From Deltaproteobacteria bacterium (GTDB lineage: Bacteria > Acidobacteriota > Thermoanaerobaculia > Multivoradales > JAHZIX01): a stretch of 64,000 bases of DNA. The translations under genes and the position numbers were made by a program. The notes under the pieces are model-generated. The model did not search any database, had not been told where the DNA came from, and worked only from the letters and a program-made list of their open reading frames with translations. The DNA lies in the NCBI GenBank assembly GCA_022601195.1, contig JAHZIX010000008.1, positions 167,429 to 231,428 on the forward strand, in the 5' to 3' direction. Shown one piece after another: positions 46,737 to 57,185 of the stretch (its first letter is position 1; every line of letters starts with the position of its first letter).

Positions 46737-48182
46737 CTAGCTAGCTGGCTCGAGCCGAATGACAGCTCGACGGTTCTGGTTGCGACCTTCCGATGTGTCG
46801 TTCGACGCCACCGGATCTGCCGAGCCCTTTCCTTCAGTGTCGATACGACTCGCATCGATCCCATGGCGGCTCACCAAATAGGCCTTGACGGCCTCCGCGC
46901 GCCGTTCGCTCATGGTTTGATTACCAGCAGAGGAACCACGACCGTCGGAATACCCTGTGACCTGGGCACGCACGGCGGGGTCCTGCTTCATTTTCAATGC
47001 GATCTCATCCAGAATCGCCTTACCAATATTGGTGACTCGTGAGGAGTTGTAGTCAAAGTGAGTCGTCTCTTCCACCGGTTGAGGTTTGGGAGCTTGGCGG
47101 GCTTCCTCTTCAGCCTTGCGGCGAGCTTCTTCCTCGGCCTTACGGCGAGCTTCCTCTTCGGCCTGACGACGAGCTTCTTCCTCAGCCTTACGGCGAGCTT
47201 CCTCTTCGGCTTTACGACGAGCTTCCTCCGCTCGGGCTGCCTCTTCGGCAGCACGGGCAGCAGCATCCGCTTCCGCCTTCTCTCGAGCCTTCACAGCTCC
47301 ACCCTTCCAGCGGTAGGTGACCCCGACAAGGCCAGCGAGCTCATCCGTACTCTCATCCCAACCGGTGAGGTTGTTGCGCAGGGCAGCATTTACGGACCAT
47401 TGCTTATCCTCTCCCAAGAAGGCCCGGATACCGGTGGTCAGGTCGAGGCTATCCGGATCGTTGGGTCGAAAATCTCCTCCGGAGATGGAGGTATGAACGA
47501 GCTCGGTAATCCAAGAAAGGCGCTCGGTGAAGGGATGAGCGTAACCAATTCCAGCGGTGATGGCTGTGGGAAGATCCACAGTGTCCGTATCGCCAGAATC
47601 CCGGTACCCCACATTGGCAACGAAATTCCCCAGATTCCAGGCGAGGCCAAGGCCCACTCCGGTATCACCCGTCACGACCCCTTCATCGTCATCTCCGGTG
47701 GGCAGTTCCAGAAAGCTGTGCAACGCGAGAGTGTTTCGGCCACCCGCTTCCCCCACCAACCGTAATTTCGCTCCCAGCCGGGCATTCCCCAACCCAGAGG
47801 CGTCTAGGTCCTCGAAGTATTCGGTACCGTTGAAAAAACCAAATCGATTTCCCTCATTGGCATCGTAAGATTCGTAGGGCAGGCTCAAGCTGAGGGAGAG
47901 GCGGTCGGTCAAGCCATAGCCGATGCTAGCGGCGAGTTGATTGTGATCGTAATCCCAATCGTCGGAAAATGGCTCATGGAGACAGGAGACTGGGCCAAAG
48001 GCTCGATCCCAGTTGCTGTAATAGGCACCGAAGGACCAGTAGCCCTTTTCTTGCGAATCTCCGGAGAGCAGAGTAAATAGCCCCGTCTCTCCCGTTACCG
48101 TAGGAACGTTGGTGTACTGAGCAGCTACTGGGACCGCCAGAGACAGGGTGATCGCCAGTGCAATAAGGGACCTGAAATTCAT
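46737..48182 (-). CDS. OmpA-family protein: N-terminal beta-barrel, charged helical linker, peptidoglycan-binding domain
   Basis: GGAGG RBS before ATG 48182; signal peptide; HFDYNS, GYSD, NQTMSERRA, GRNQNRR. Confidence 0.92.
   Translation of the reverse strand: MNFRSLIALAITLSLAVPVAAQYTNVPTVTGETGLFTLLSGDSQEKGYWSFGAYYSNWDRAFGPVSCLHEPFSDDWDYDHNQLAASIGYGLTDRLSLSLSLPYESYDANEGNRFGFFNGTEYFEDLDASGLGNARLGAKLRLVGEAGGRNTLALHSFLELPTGDDDEGVVTGDTGVGLGLAWNLGNFVANVGYRDSGDTDTVDLPTAITAGIGYAHPFTERLSWITELVHTSISGGDFRPNDPDSLDLTTGIRAFLGEDKQWSVNAALRNNLTGWDESTDELAGLVGVTYRWKGGAVKAREKAEADAAARAAEEAARAEEARRKAEEEARRKAEEEARRQAEEEARRKAEEEARRKAEEEARQAPKPQPVEETTHFDYNSSRVTNIGKAILDEIALKMKQDPAVRAQVTGYSDGRGSSAGNQTMSERRAEAVKAYLVSRHGIDASRIDTEGKGSADPVASNDTSEGRNQNRRAVIRLEPAS
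47101..47220 (-). repeat. coding tandem repeat, 5 x 24 bp (RR[K/Q]AEEEA)
   Basis: Units begin GCTTC at 47101, 47125, 47149, 47173 and 47197, with alternating synonymous variants. Confidence 0.9.
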
Positions 48183-48406
48183 TATTTTTCCTCCAGATCG
48201 GCAGGCTGGAAGCCGATCGACTAAACGCCATTTTCCTCGATTTGGACGCGGCCCTGGGGCTAGACCCAATGGCTCACGATCCTTCGAATGCTAACACAAT
48301 CATGCCCGATGCTAGAGGAAGGGAAGGACCGAGTCGCTACTCCCAATTGATCCCCAGTAAAGAAAGGAGGGCGGAAGGATGCAGGCTTGGAGTTATTATT
48401 CTCCTT

Positions 48407-50305
48407 ATGAGCCTTCTCACAACCAACTCCCCCTCCGCCATCCTGTGCCAGATCTGCGCCAAGGTTTTTTCGGTAGCCCTTCTCGTCATGCTGATTGCTG
48501 GCTCGGCGACTCAGGCCACGACTTGGAAACCCCTCCCCATTCATGGAGCGGACGTCCGTAGCCTAGCTATCGATCCCTCCAATCCCGACTCGGTCTTCGC
48601 GGGCACCTCTGGCGGTCACGTGTATTGGTCGGGAGATGGCGGAAAGAATTGGCAGAATGCAGGACAAGCCATCCCTTTCAAAGGCTGGGTGGTTGCTTCC
48701 CTCGTTTTCGATCCCAATCGGAGCGGACGAATCTGGGCGGGCCTCTGGGGAGTTTGGGGTAGCGGTCTGGTCGCCTTCTCCGATGACCAAGGACACAGCT
48801 GGAACCTCCGACGGGAAGGCCTCCCGGAGGCTGCGGTCTACGCCCTCGCCCTCGTGCCAGGAGCTCCGGGGCGGATCTTTGCAGCGACCCGTAAGGGAGT
48901 GTACGGAACCGAGGACGATGGCGGCAGGTGGAGATCCTTGAGCGACGGAGTTCCGGGTCTGATCAATGTCTCAAGCCTCCTGGTCGACCCCTACGAGCCG
49001 TCGACGATTTTCGCTGGCACTTGGCGCCGCGCCTACCGCAGCGACGACAGTGGCCAGACCTGGAAGGGAATCTTCGAAGGCATGGCCCTCGATAGTGAAG
49101 TTTTTAGTTTGCGAGCTGTACCCAATCGCCCTGGAGAGATTTGGGCCTCGACCTGTGGTTGGGTTTATCACTCTCGGAACCGGGGACAAACCTGGACCCG
49201 CAAGCGAGAAGGCCTCCAGGAGCGTCGTTCCCCAGGGTTACTTGCCATGCCGGATGGCACCCTCCTCACCGCCACAGTCCGCGGCCTTTACCGTTCTCGA
49301 GACGGAGGGGGCCGTTGGGGACGCACCAGCACTGACCAGATTTCTGTCCAATCCTTGGCATTTCACCCCAAAAGACCAAACCGAGTCTTGGTCGGTACGG
49401 AAGGGGCTGGCGTTTGGGTCTCCCAGGATCGCGGCCTTTCCTGGGACGCCTCTCCCGTCGGGATGAATAACTTGCGGGTGGATGCGTTGACCCGACTCGG
49501 CAACGAGGTCTTTGCGGCAGTCAATCATGCGGGCCCCTTCTCTGGTATCTACCGTGTCGCGAGCGACGGCGAAGTGACTCGAGAGGAATGGCCGATCCCA
49601 ACGGTTCTCGACCTGGCTGCCCTCGGGGACCTCCTCTTCGCTGGCACAGAAAAAGGCCTCTTCGAGAGACAACTGGGGAACTGGCGGCTGGTCCGAGAAA
49701 TTGGCACAGATCGCATCGAACAGCTAGCGGCCCGTGGCACGCGCCTAGTAGCTCGAACTCCCCATGGTCTCTTCGAACGAGAGGGAGGCCCCTTTCGTAC
49801 CTTGCCCTTTGCACCAGGATCGCCCAAGTCGGTAGCGATGTCTGGGAAAAATCTCTGGGTCGGGACTGGGAGCGGGCTCTTTCAACTGAACCAGGACTCT
49901 CATCAACCCATCTCCATGCCTTCCGTTCAGGGCTCGAAAGCTGGTATCCGACTCGCCACGGTAGGCGATGAGCTTTGGCTCGCGGACAGGGGTTCCGTGT
50001 GGCAGCGGCGGACTCTCGAAGCACCCTGGGTCCAAACGCGGAAGACTCCGTCCCGACTTCTGGAGACCGGTGACTTGGTATTTCCTCTCTTGGTGGTCGG
50101 CAAAGAGCCCCCGTCCTGGCTCTATCACCAGCCATCTTCCTCCTTCCTCGAAATCTCCCTTCCAAGCGCCCCCTGGAACATACGCGGCGCCTTGGTGAAA
50201 AATGGTCAGCTGTTACTCGCCACCGCGGGCCAGGGCCTCCTCACAGCCCCCGTTCCAGCGCTCAAATCCGCAGAAAAAATCCCAGCCATCTCAGCGACTC
50301 GCTGA
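48407..50305 (+). CDS. secreted BNR/VPS10-like (Asp-box) beta-propeller protein
   Basis: Repeated S-x-D-x-G-x-x-W (SGDGGKNW, SDDQGHSW, SDDSGQTW, SRDGGGRW, SQDRGLSW); start uncertain. Confidence 0.85.
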   Translation: MSLLTTNSPSAILCQICAKVFSVALLVMLIAGSATQATTWKPLPIHGADVRSLAIDPSNPDSVFAGTSGGHVYWSGDGGKNWQNAGQAIPFKGWVVASLVFDPNRSGRIWAGLWGVWGSGLVAFSDDQGHSWNLRREGLPEAAVYALALVPGAPGRIFAATRKGVYGTEDDGGRWRSLSDGVPGLINVSSLLVDPYEPSTIFAGTWRRAYRSDDSGQTWKGIFEGMALDSEVFSLRAVPNRPGEIWASTCGWVYHSRNRGQTWTRKREGLQERRSPGLLAMPDGTLLTATVRGLYRSRDGGGRWGRTSTDQISVQSLAFHPKRPNRVLVGTEGAGVWVSQDRGLSWDASPVGMNNLRVDALTRLGNEVFAAVNHAGPFSGIYRVASDGEVTREEWPIPTVLDLAALGDLLFAGTEKGLFERQLGNWRLVREIGTDRIEQLAARGTRLVARTPHGLFEREGGPFRTLPFAPGSPKSVAMSGKNLWVGTGSGLFQLNQDSHQPISMPSVQGSKAGIRLATVGDELWLADRGSVWQRRTLEAPWVQTRKTPSRLLETGDLVFPLLVVGKEPPSWLYHQPSSSFLEISLPSAPWNIRGALVKNGQLLLATAGQGLLTAPVPALKSAEKIPAISATR

Positions 50306-50392
50306 TAGACAGCTGTTGCCCTCCGTGCTAGCTTCGCCGGACTCGAAATTCTAGAGCGAGGCTTTATCCCTTGAACTTCAAGGAGATTCCAA

Positions 50393-51490
50393 ATGTCGAC
50401 CAGTACCAACGAACGCCCTCTCTCCGGCATTGCGTCCATTGGCTTGCACCTACCGCCCTTGGCCATGGGAGTCGAAGAACTAGCCCGACTCCGGGGCGAA
50501 GATCCAGATAAGTTCACCATTGGCCTCGGATGTAAGGCCATGTCCCTATGCCCTCCAGACTACGATGTCGTGGAGCTTTCGGTCGTGGCAGCGGAACGAG
50601 CTCTCTCCCGCTGGGGAGGAGATCGCGATCGTATTGGCCTGCTAGCCGTGGGTACGGAGTCCGCTCTGGACATGAGTCGGCCGTTGAGCGCTTGGGTCGC
50701 GGAACGGCTTGGATTGCAAGGCTCAATTCGCTCCTACGAAGTCAAGCATGCCTGCTATGGAGGCACTCTCGCCGTGCGACAGGCGACGGAGTGGCGCATG
50801 GCCGAAGCCAACCAAGGTCGAGCCGCTCTGGTGATCGCGGCAGACGTCGCCCTCTACGAGCAGGGAGATCCTGGGGAAGCGACCCAAGGGGCCGGCGCTG
50901 TAGCTATGGTCATCGACGAGCCGGAAGTCGCCCTCATCGAACCTCACTCCTTTCCCTGGAGCGAGCCCGTTTTCGATTTCTGGCGTCCGGTAGGAGAGGC
51001 ATTCCCTAGAGTCGATGGCAAGCTCAGCCTGGAATGCTATAAACGAGCGGCGGAGCGATGCTTCCGAGCCCTCGTAGGGCAACAGGACCCTGAGCAGGTT
51101 TTCGCAGACTTCACTGCATTTTGCTTTCACGTCCCCTTTCCCAAGATGGTTCTCAAGGCAGTTCAGCGAGTCGGCACTTTCTTCAGATGGGATCCCGAAC
51201 GCATCGCAACCTTCTTTGCCGAGAAGGTTAGCCCGACCATGGCCTGGAACCGCCTCAGCGGCAACTCCTATACAGCCAGCCTGTGGATCTCCGTCGCCAA
51301 TGCTCTCCAGGGGCTACAGCTGGGGGAACGGGTCGCGGCCTTTTCCTATGGCTCGGGCTTCGGAGCCGAGCTACTGACTCTCAAAGCGGGCCCGAAAGCC
51401 ATCAGCGGCGCCTGGGAAAAAGATGTTGTCACCGACTTGGCTAATCGGCAGTTCGTCGACGCTGCAGCCTATTGCGCCCTGCGGGCCTAA
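50393..51490 (+). CDS. mvaS: hydroxymethylglutaryl-CoA synthase family protein
   Basis: AAGGAG RBS; GTES, EVKHACYGGT, TQGAGAVAM, FHVPF, GNSYTASL, FSYGSG. Confidence 0.88.
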   Translation: MSTSTNERPLSGIASIGLHLPPLAMGVEELARLRGEDPDKFTIGLGCKAMSLCPPDYDVVELSVVAAERALSRWGGDRDRIGLLAVGTESALDMSRPLSAWVAERLGLQGSIRSYEVKHACYGGTLAVRQATEWRMAEANQGRAALVIAADVALYEQGDPGEATQGAGAVAMVIDEPEVALIEPHSFPWSEPVFDFWRPVGEAFPRVDGKLSLECYKRAAERCFRALVGQQDPEQVFADFTAFCFHVPFPKMVLKAVQRVGTFFRWDPERIATFFAEKVSPTMAWNRLSGNSYTASLWISVANALQGLQLGERVAAFSYGSGFGAELLTLKAGPKAISGAWEKDVVTDLANRQFVDAAAYCALRA

Positions 51491-51730
51491 GCCCAAGACA
51501 GGTCGACCAGACCCCTTTTTTACCCTGCTCTCTCAAATCGGCAAGACCAACCCCAGCCCCGGCAAGAACGGCCCAAAGAGTCGCCCCCCAAAGGCGACTC
51601 TTCTTCGGGGCCCTAGGCTCCGCTGTTCCTTCCTCTTCCCCGTTGGCTTGCCTTCTCAGTACCGGTCGATCGGTTGCCCTAGATCTCTAGAACCCAACTG
51701 AGCCTTCGTTCCTCTTTCGACTCGATTAAA

Positions 51731-51765
51731 ATAATTAACCATAGTCCTTGACCATAGTCAATTAT
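51731..51765. promoter_or_regulatory. putative toxin-antitoxin autoregulatory operator/promoter
   Basis: AT-rich; direct repeat ACCATAGTC at 51738 and 51751; imperfect palindrome TTGACCATAGTCAA; flanked by inverted ATAATT / AATTAT. Confidence 0.6.
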
Positions 51766-51863
51766 TATGAAAACTTATCACCATGGATGAAATACGAGAG
51801 AGCCCCCTACCCTATGGAGACCCTGCCCCTCTCGAAGGGAAGCTACAGGAGCCAACCACAGAA

Positions 51864-52103
51864 ATGGAGACTCTTTCGGTCTCCGAGTTCAAAGCCACCT
51901 GCCTTGGGGTGCTCGAGAGGGTACGTGCTACCGGTAGGTCCTTGTTGATCACAAAACGGGGGCAGCCCTTGGCCCAGGTTCTCCCCCCACCCATGCCTGA
52001 AGTGACTGCTGGAAGCGCCTTCGGGTGCATGCAGGGTACTTGTGATGAGATCGGCGATATCCTCGAACCTCTACCGGAGAAAGACTGGGAGGTTCTCGGT
52101 TGA
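51864..52103 (+). CDS. Phd/YefM-family antitoxin
   Basis: METLSVSEFKATCLGVLERV...LITKRGQP; overlaps the toxin start. Confidence 0.9.
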   Translation: METLSVSEFKATCLGVLERVRATGRSLLITKRGQPLAQVLPPPMPEVTAGSAFGCMQGTCDEIGDILEPLPEKDWEVLG

Positions 52104-52498
52104 CGGGCCTACTCCTCGATACCCACATCTGGTACTGGTACCTCAGTGGATCAGAGAGACTTCCCACGGGCCTGAAAAACCTGCTTGACTCCTCTCCTTC
52201 AAGGAGCTGCTGGTTGTCTCCCATTTCAGTCTGGGAGCTGGGCCTGCTAGTCCGCCGGGGTCGAGTCAAGATGGACCAAGACTACCGCCGGTGGCTGGCG
52301 ACAGCCTCGAAGCACTTTCCTCTCAAAGATGCCTCTCTAACCCGAGAGGTCTCTCTCAGGAGCCTCGAGATCGATCTGCCGCATCGGGACCCCGCAGATC
52401 GCTTCCTGGCTGCCACGGCTCAAACTTACGACCTGACCTTGCTCACCGTCGATCGGCATCTTAGGTCCGCAAAAGGCTTCAGAACTCTTCATCAATAG
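52100..52498 (+). CDS. vapC: PIN-domain toxin (VapC family)
   Basis: LLDTH, ISVWE, HRDPADRFLAATA, LLTVD. Confidence 0.92.
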   Translation: MTGLLLDTHIWYWYLSGSERLPTGLKNLLDSSPSRSCWLSPISVWELGLLVRRGRVKMDQDYRRWLATASKHFPLKDASLTREVSLRSLEIDLPHRDPADRFLAATAQTYDLTLLTVDRHLRSAKGFRTLHQ

Positions 52499-52534
52499 AT
52501 GGTCAAGCATTGTCGTCACCGGAGTAGGTGAGTT

Positions 52535-52562
52535 TTGACACCCGGTCCCTTTGGGCTATCTT
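52535..52562 (+). promoter_or_regulatory. sigma70-type promoter, probably giving a (near-)leaderless mRNA
   Basis: TTGACA, 16-nt spacer, TATCTT; ATG 52572 follows 9 nt later with no SD sequence. Confidence 0.55.
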
Positions 52563-52571
52563 GAACCCATC

Positions 52572-53255
52572 ATGTTCGACGAAGGAGTCATCAAATTTCG
52601 AGCAGCCCACCGGCAGGGATCCCTGGAGACGCGGCTCTATAGCGAGCTCGCCTGCAAGCTGATCGCCTGGCGAGAGATCCTCGCGAAGACGGGCCTCGTG
52701 GGTCAACGCAAGGATCGCTATGGAGGCTTCGGCTATGGCAATGTCAGTGGCCGGGTAGGCCCTCCCGGGATGCCCCGAGGCCAGCGATCCTTTCTCATCA
52801 CGGGCACGCAGACCTCTGGAAAAGAATGCGTTTCCCTCGGCGACTTTTGTGTCGTGAAGAGCTACGACGACAGCCGCAACGAAGCTCAGAGCTTTGGACC
52901 AGCCCTGCCGTCTTCTGAATCCTTGACCCACGGAGCCATCTACGATCTCGGACCCCAAATCCGCTTCGTCCTACATGGACATACCCCGACGATCTGGCGC
53001 CGAGCCAGAGAATTGCGCATACCCACTTCAGAGCCCAAGGTAGCCTACGGGACACCTCAAATGGCAGCGGAAGTACGTCGTCTCTACCGATCCACGAGCC
53101 TGGCGGAGACCAAGATCCTTGCTATGGGAGGACATGAAGATGGCGTTATTGTTTTCGGCCACAGCGCAGAAGAAGCCGGTCAGATCCTATTGGCCTACCT
53201 CGCGCGGGCCTTCGAAACAGATTGCCGGGCAGATGGCGGCCTCTGTAGCTTCTGA
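52572..53255 (+). CDS. class II aldolase/adducin domain protein
   Basis: GNVSGR, LITG, PSSESLTH, LHGH, GHEDG. Confidence 0.85.
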   Translation: MFDEGVIKFRAAHRQGSLETRLYSELACKLIAWREILAKTGLVGQRKDRYGGFGYGNVSGRVGPPGMPRGQRSFLITGTQTSGKECVSLGDFCVVKSYDDSRNEAQSFGPALPSSESLTHGAIYDLGPQIRFVLHGHTPTIWRRARELRIPTSEPKVAYGTPQMAAEVRRLYRSTSLAETKILAMGGHEDGVIVFGHSAEEAGQILLAYLARAFETDCRADGGLCSF

Positions 53256-53367
53256 CCGTAGCCCTTGCGAGTAGATCGGTTTCGGCACGAAGCCCAGCCT
53301 CAACACGAAAACCTGCCTCAGAGCCGAAACCGCTCCAATATCTGACCTTGCGGCGCTCAAGCTATCG

Positions 53368-54075
53368 CTATAGCGACCGGGTCATACCACCATCGAGCCG
53401 GAGACTCTGGCCGGTAATGTAACTCGATTGAGTCGACACCAAGAAGGCCACCGCCTGGGCCATTTCCGCCACGGAGCCCGGCCGCCCCATGGGAATTGTA
53501 TTGAGAGTTTCGGCATCGACTTCATAACTGTCAGCGAAACCAGGCAGAATGTTATTCATGCGAATGGCCGAAGCGCCATAGCGATCCGCATAGAGCTTTG
53601 TGAACGCTGCCAGACTCGCTCGAATAGCTGAAGAGACCGGGAAACTCAAGCTAGGTTCGACAGCTCCAGCCGTCGAAATATTCACCCAGGCCCCGCCCCC
53701 CTGATTCTCCATGATGGGAGTGACTCTACGCGTCAACCGAACCACGCTCAGCAAGAGTAAATCAAGTCCCTCGTGCCAGTCCTGGTCGGAGATCTCCAGC
53801 AGCTCTCCACGGGCCGGGTGTCCGGTGTTATTGACCACTGCATCGATGCGGCCATGAGTTTTCATGGCCAGCTCCACGAGTCGATCGAGATCTGAAGGGT
53901 CCGTCACCGACCCTCGAAGGGCGACTCCACCGAGTTCCTCTGCCATTCGTAAAATGGCTTCGGACCGAGCCATGAGCACAGTTTCATATCCTTGTCCTGC
54001 AAGCTCCCGAGCACAGGCGGCACCAATCCCCTGACTGGCCGCCGTAACGATCGCGACGCGTTTCTGTTGTGACAT
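53368..54075 (-). CDS. short-chain dehydrogenase/reductase
   Basis: VTAASQGIG, VNNTG, YITGQ..DGG; atypical SSAIR in place of YxxxK. Confidence 0.9.
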   Translation of the reverse strand: MSQQKRVAIVTAASQGIGAACARELAGQGYETVLMARSEAILRMAEELGGVALRGSVTDPSDLDRLVELAMKTHGRIDAVVNNTGHPARGELLEISDQDWHEGLDLLLLSVVRLTRRVTPIMENQGGGAWVNISTAGAVEPSLSFPVSSAIRASLAAFTKLYADRYGASAIRMNNILPGFADSYEVDAETLNTIPMGRPGSVAEMAQAVAFLVSTQSSYITGQSLRLDGGMTRSL

Positions 54076-54241
54076 CTCTCTCCTCGATTTCCCTTCGATT
54101 CCCTGTTGGATACTTCAACCAGTACTAGAAAGCTCTTTCTCCGATACGGGTGGCGGCTCATGTTAGCCTGCCAAGATCGAATTTAGATCTTGGCAGAACA
54201 TTCCCCATTCCCGGGTTGTCAACAACCGAAGGTAGGCATCG

Positions 54242-55942
54242 ATGATCGAAACCACGACGCGGACCACCGCCCAGTCTCCACGAGAGCTCGAACCGCTCCT
54301 AAACTTTTTGAGACCGCAGGGCCAGCAAGATTCTCATTGCCGAGGTCTCGCTCTCGCTTGCACCCTTCTTTTCAGCTCCATCATCATCGCCCAGCCGGCA
54401 TTCGGGCTGGATGGTTCTGAGCTGAGTCGTGTCGGACAGGGCCATGTCGGACTGGGCCCTGTCGGGCTGGTGAGCCTTGGCCTGGGACAAGCTACCGCCG
54501 AGGCTGGAGAGCTGGCGGATCAGAAACCAGCGGATCAAAAACCGGCGGATCAGAAGCTCCTAGTCCAGCAGCCAACCGGAAAAACACCATCCACCAACCT
54601 GACACCTCCGTCGGTTCATTGGCCCTCTTTTCGCGGCCATCGAGCCTCTGGAGTCTCCCTCGGAGAGGATTGGCCGACCCACTGGAATGGAGAGACTGGG
54701 GAAGGCATCACCTGGAAGGCTCGAATCCCAGGCCTGGCTCACTCCAGTCCCGTGATTTGGGGAGACCGCATCTTTGTAACGACAGCAATCACCGCCAAGG
54801 GAGACGCTTCCTTCAAGCATGGCCTGTACGGGAGTGGGGATGCTTCCGAGGACCTATCGGAGCATCGCTGGGAGATCTTGGCTCTGAACCGCGCCGATGG
54901 CAGTGTCCTTTGGCGAGCCCTCGCTACCCGGGGAGTTCCCCGGGAAAAGCGTCACATCAAGGCGACCTACGCCAACTCGACTCCCGCCACGGACGGGAAA
55001 CGACTCATTGCATTCTTTGGTTCCCAAGGACTCTTCGCCTTCAGCATGGACGGCAAGCTCCTCTGGGAAAGAGACCTTGGCCGTCTCGATGCAGGCGCCT
55101 ACGACGCCCCTTCCTACGAGTGGGGAACGGCCAGCTCACCGGTCCTCTTCGAGGGCTTGGTGTTCGTTCAATGCGATACTCAGGGCGACTCCTTCCTACT
55201 GGCCCTCGACGCTGACAGCGGCAAGACCGTCTGGAAGACCGTCCGGGATGAGCTGCCTTCCTGGGGCAGCCCAACGGTGGTCTCTAGTTCGGGCCACCTC
55301 GAATTGGTGACCAATGGCTCTAATTTCATTCGCGGCTACGAGCCACGGACCGGCCGGGAGCTTTGGCGTCTAGGAGGCAGTTCGAAGATCACGGCTCCCA
55401 CTCCGATTTTTGGTCAGGACCTGATCATCGTCGCCAGCGGAAGAGCCCCGGAGAGACCTATCTTTGCCATTCGGCCCGGCGCCAAGGGAGACATCACTCT
55501 CGAAGCCGATCAGAAATCGAATCACAGCATCGCCTGGAGCAAGACTCGACGGGGCTCTTACATGCCGACTCCCTTGATCTACCGGGGACTTCTCTACGTG
55601 CTCGCCAATCAAGGAGTCCTGGACGCCTATCAATTGGAATCCGGAACCGAGCTCTATCGCCAACGTCTCCCCCATACCGGCGGAGGCTTCAGTGCCTCGC
55701 CGGTAGCTGCCGGAGGGCATCTCTACCTGGCTGGAGAAGATGGCAATGTGTTCGTGGTGCGAGCCGGTGATGATTTTGAGCTCGAGAAGACCAACCCCAT
55801 GGGAGAGCGACTGATGGCCACCCCCGCCTTGTCCCAAGGTACCGTCTATATTCGCGGTGAGAGCTCTCTTTTCGCTGTAAAGCAGAAGGCTGAGGTCCCC
55901 GTTCCTCAGCTCCCCAGCGCCGAAAAAAACAGCAAGGAATAA
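54242..55942 (+). CDS. PQQ-binding-like beta-propeller protein (BamB-like repeats)
   Basis: [45 protein letters not shown]; N-terminal (ADQKP)x3 repeat; start uncertain. Confidence 0.88.
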   Translation: MIETTTRTTAQSPRELEPLLNFLRPQGQQDSHCRGLALACTLLFSSIIIAQPAFGLDGSELSRVGQGHVGLGPVGLVSLGLGQATAEAGELADQKPADQKPADQKLLVQQPTGKTPSTNLTPPSVHWPSFRGHRASGVSLGEDWPTHWNGETGEGITWKARIPGLAHSSPVIWGDRIFVTTAITAKGDASFKHGLYGSGDASEDLSEHRWEILALNRADGSVLWRALATRGVPREKRHIKATYANSTPATDGKRLIAFFGSQGLFAFSMDGKLLWERDLGRLDAGAYDAPSYEWGTASSPVLFEGLVFVQCDTQGDSFLLALDADSGKTVWKTVRDELPSWGSPTVVSSSGHLELVTNGSNFIRGYEPRTGRELWRLGGSSKITAPTPIFGQDLIIVASGRAPERPIFAIRPGAKGDITLEADQKSNHSIAWSKTRRGSYMPTPLIYRGLLYVLANQGVLDAYQLESGTELYRQRLPHTGGGFSASPVAAGGHLYLAGEDGNVFVVRAGDDFELEKTNPMGERLMATPALSQGTVYIRGESSLFAVKQKAEVPVPQLPSAEKNSKE

Positions 55943-56037
55943 GACAGCGTTAGGAACGCCTCTCATCGAGGTCGCCCCACGCTTACGGCCACCAGGAGCC
56001 CCAACAGCTTGCCGAGCCAGACCCTGCCAGGGACGGG

Positions 56038-57000
56038 TTAGTGATGCCCCCAGTCCTTCTCACCGGCAGGAATGGCTACCGCGAGCTTGTTCTGCTTCGG
56101 CGGCAGCGGGCAGGTAGCATAAGGCGTGAATACGCAAGGAGGGTTGTAGGCCTGATTGAAATCCACTATGACCTTGCCTCCCGCTGGCTCGCCGAGGACC
56201 AGGAAGCGACCGGCACCGTAGGTAGCCTTGCCATTGGTTTTGTCTCCAAAGACCAAGAAGAGCTCCGAAAGCTCCCCGGTTGGCTCCAAGCGAATAGCCT
56301 GGCCATCGACTTCGAAAACCGCAGCGCCAAGGCACTCAACTTGCGACACTTCTCCCAGGACATCAGGGATTCCGATCATCTTAGGCGGATCGTAGGCTTC
56401 CCAACGAGCCTCGATACGCCACCGCGGATCGACGGGAAAACGATCAATCCCTTCGAAAGTCTGTAAGGCGGGTGCCAATTTGTCTTTGAGGCGAACACCG
56501 AGGCGGCCGCCTCGATCGATGATGTAGAAGTTAAAGCTCCCCATCTCCACACGGGAATGATTGCCGGTGGCATCGGAGGCCATCTCCATCTGGGAGACCG
56601 GTTCTCCCTCGAATGTGATCTCGACTCCCGGGGCAGCTTCGAGCTGGACTTTGCCTCCCACCAGAAAAAGGCTACCGCCGGTCTTGGGAGCTGTAGGGGG
56701 GAAGACCAAATCGTTCTCTTCCCCGGAGCCGAAGGTATTCTCGCCCTCCTCTAGCCAAAACAAGCCCACCAAAGTCAGCCAACCGGACTCACTGCGTAGC
56801 CGCTCGATGCGGCCAGCATGCCAAGCCTCTACGGCTGCGAGATGCTCTTCGGCCGTCGGCACAGGCATCGATGGCTCGCTCCCAGCCGCGGCCGGAGAGT
56901 CCTGGTGTCCTTGCCCGCCACATCCCAAAACGACGATGAGGAGCAATCCGGCGAGCCAAAAGCCAAGCCCATGAAAACTAAGAAAAAAGGAAGAGTGCAT
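56038..57000 (-). CDS. DUF1684-domain lipoprotein
   Basis: Lipobox VLGC; GWLTLVGLFWL, FGDKTNG..TYGAGRFL, DFNQAYNPPCVFTPYATCPLPP..N. Confidence 0.9.
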   Translation of the reverse strand: MHSSFFLSFHGLGFWLAGLLLIVVLGCGGQGHQDSPAAAGSEPSMPVPTAEEHLAAVEAWHAGRIERLRSESGWLTLVGLFWLEEGENTFGSGEENDLVFPPTAPKTGGSLFLVGGKVQLEAAPGVEITFEGEPVSQMEMASDATGNHSRVEMGSFNFYIIDRGGRLGVRLKDKLAPALQTFEGIDRFPVDPRWRIEARWEAYDPPKMIGIPDVLGEVSQVECLGAAVFEVDGQAIRLEPTGELSELFLVFGDKTNGKATYGAGRFLVLGEPAGGKVIVDFNQAYNPPCVFTPYATCPLPPKQNKLAVAIPAGEKDWGHH

Positions 57001-57185
57001 TTCGGATTCTCCTCTCCTGGCGTCCCAAAAGCCCGGAAATTCTATCGACTGGGATCACATTTATCGAAGGAGAGCCTAGCACTCTCTTTCCAGGAGCCGT
57101 CCGACGAAGATCTCTGACAGCGCTGGCAAAGGAGATAAGATCTCCCCACACGACTGGCCTCCCAGAAAACGAAAGGACCGCGCCG

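Noticed and set aside
47101-47220. Regular 24-bp repeats as a possible CRISPR array
   Set aside because: No unique spacers, in-frame coding repeat inside ompA, no cas genes
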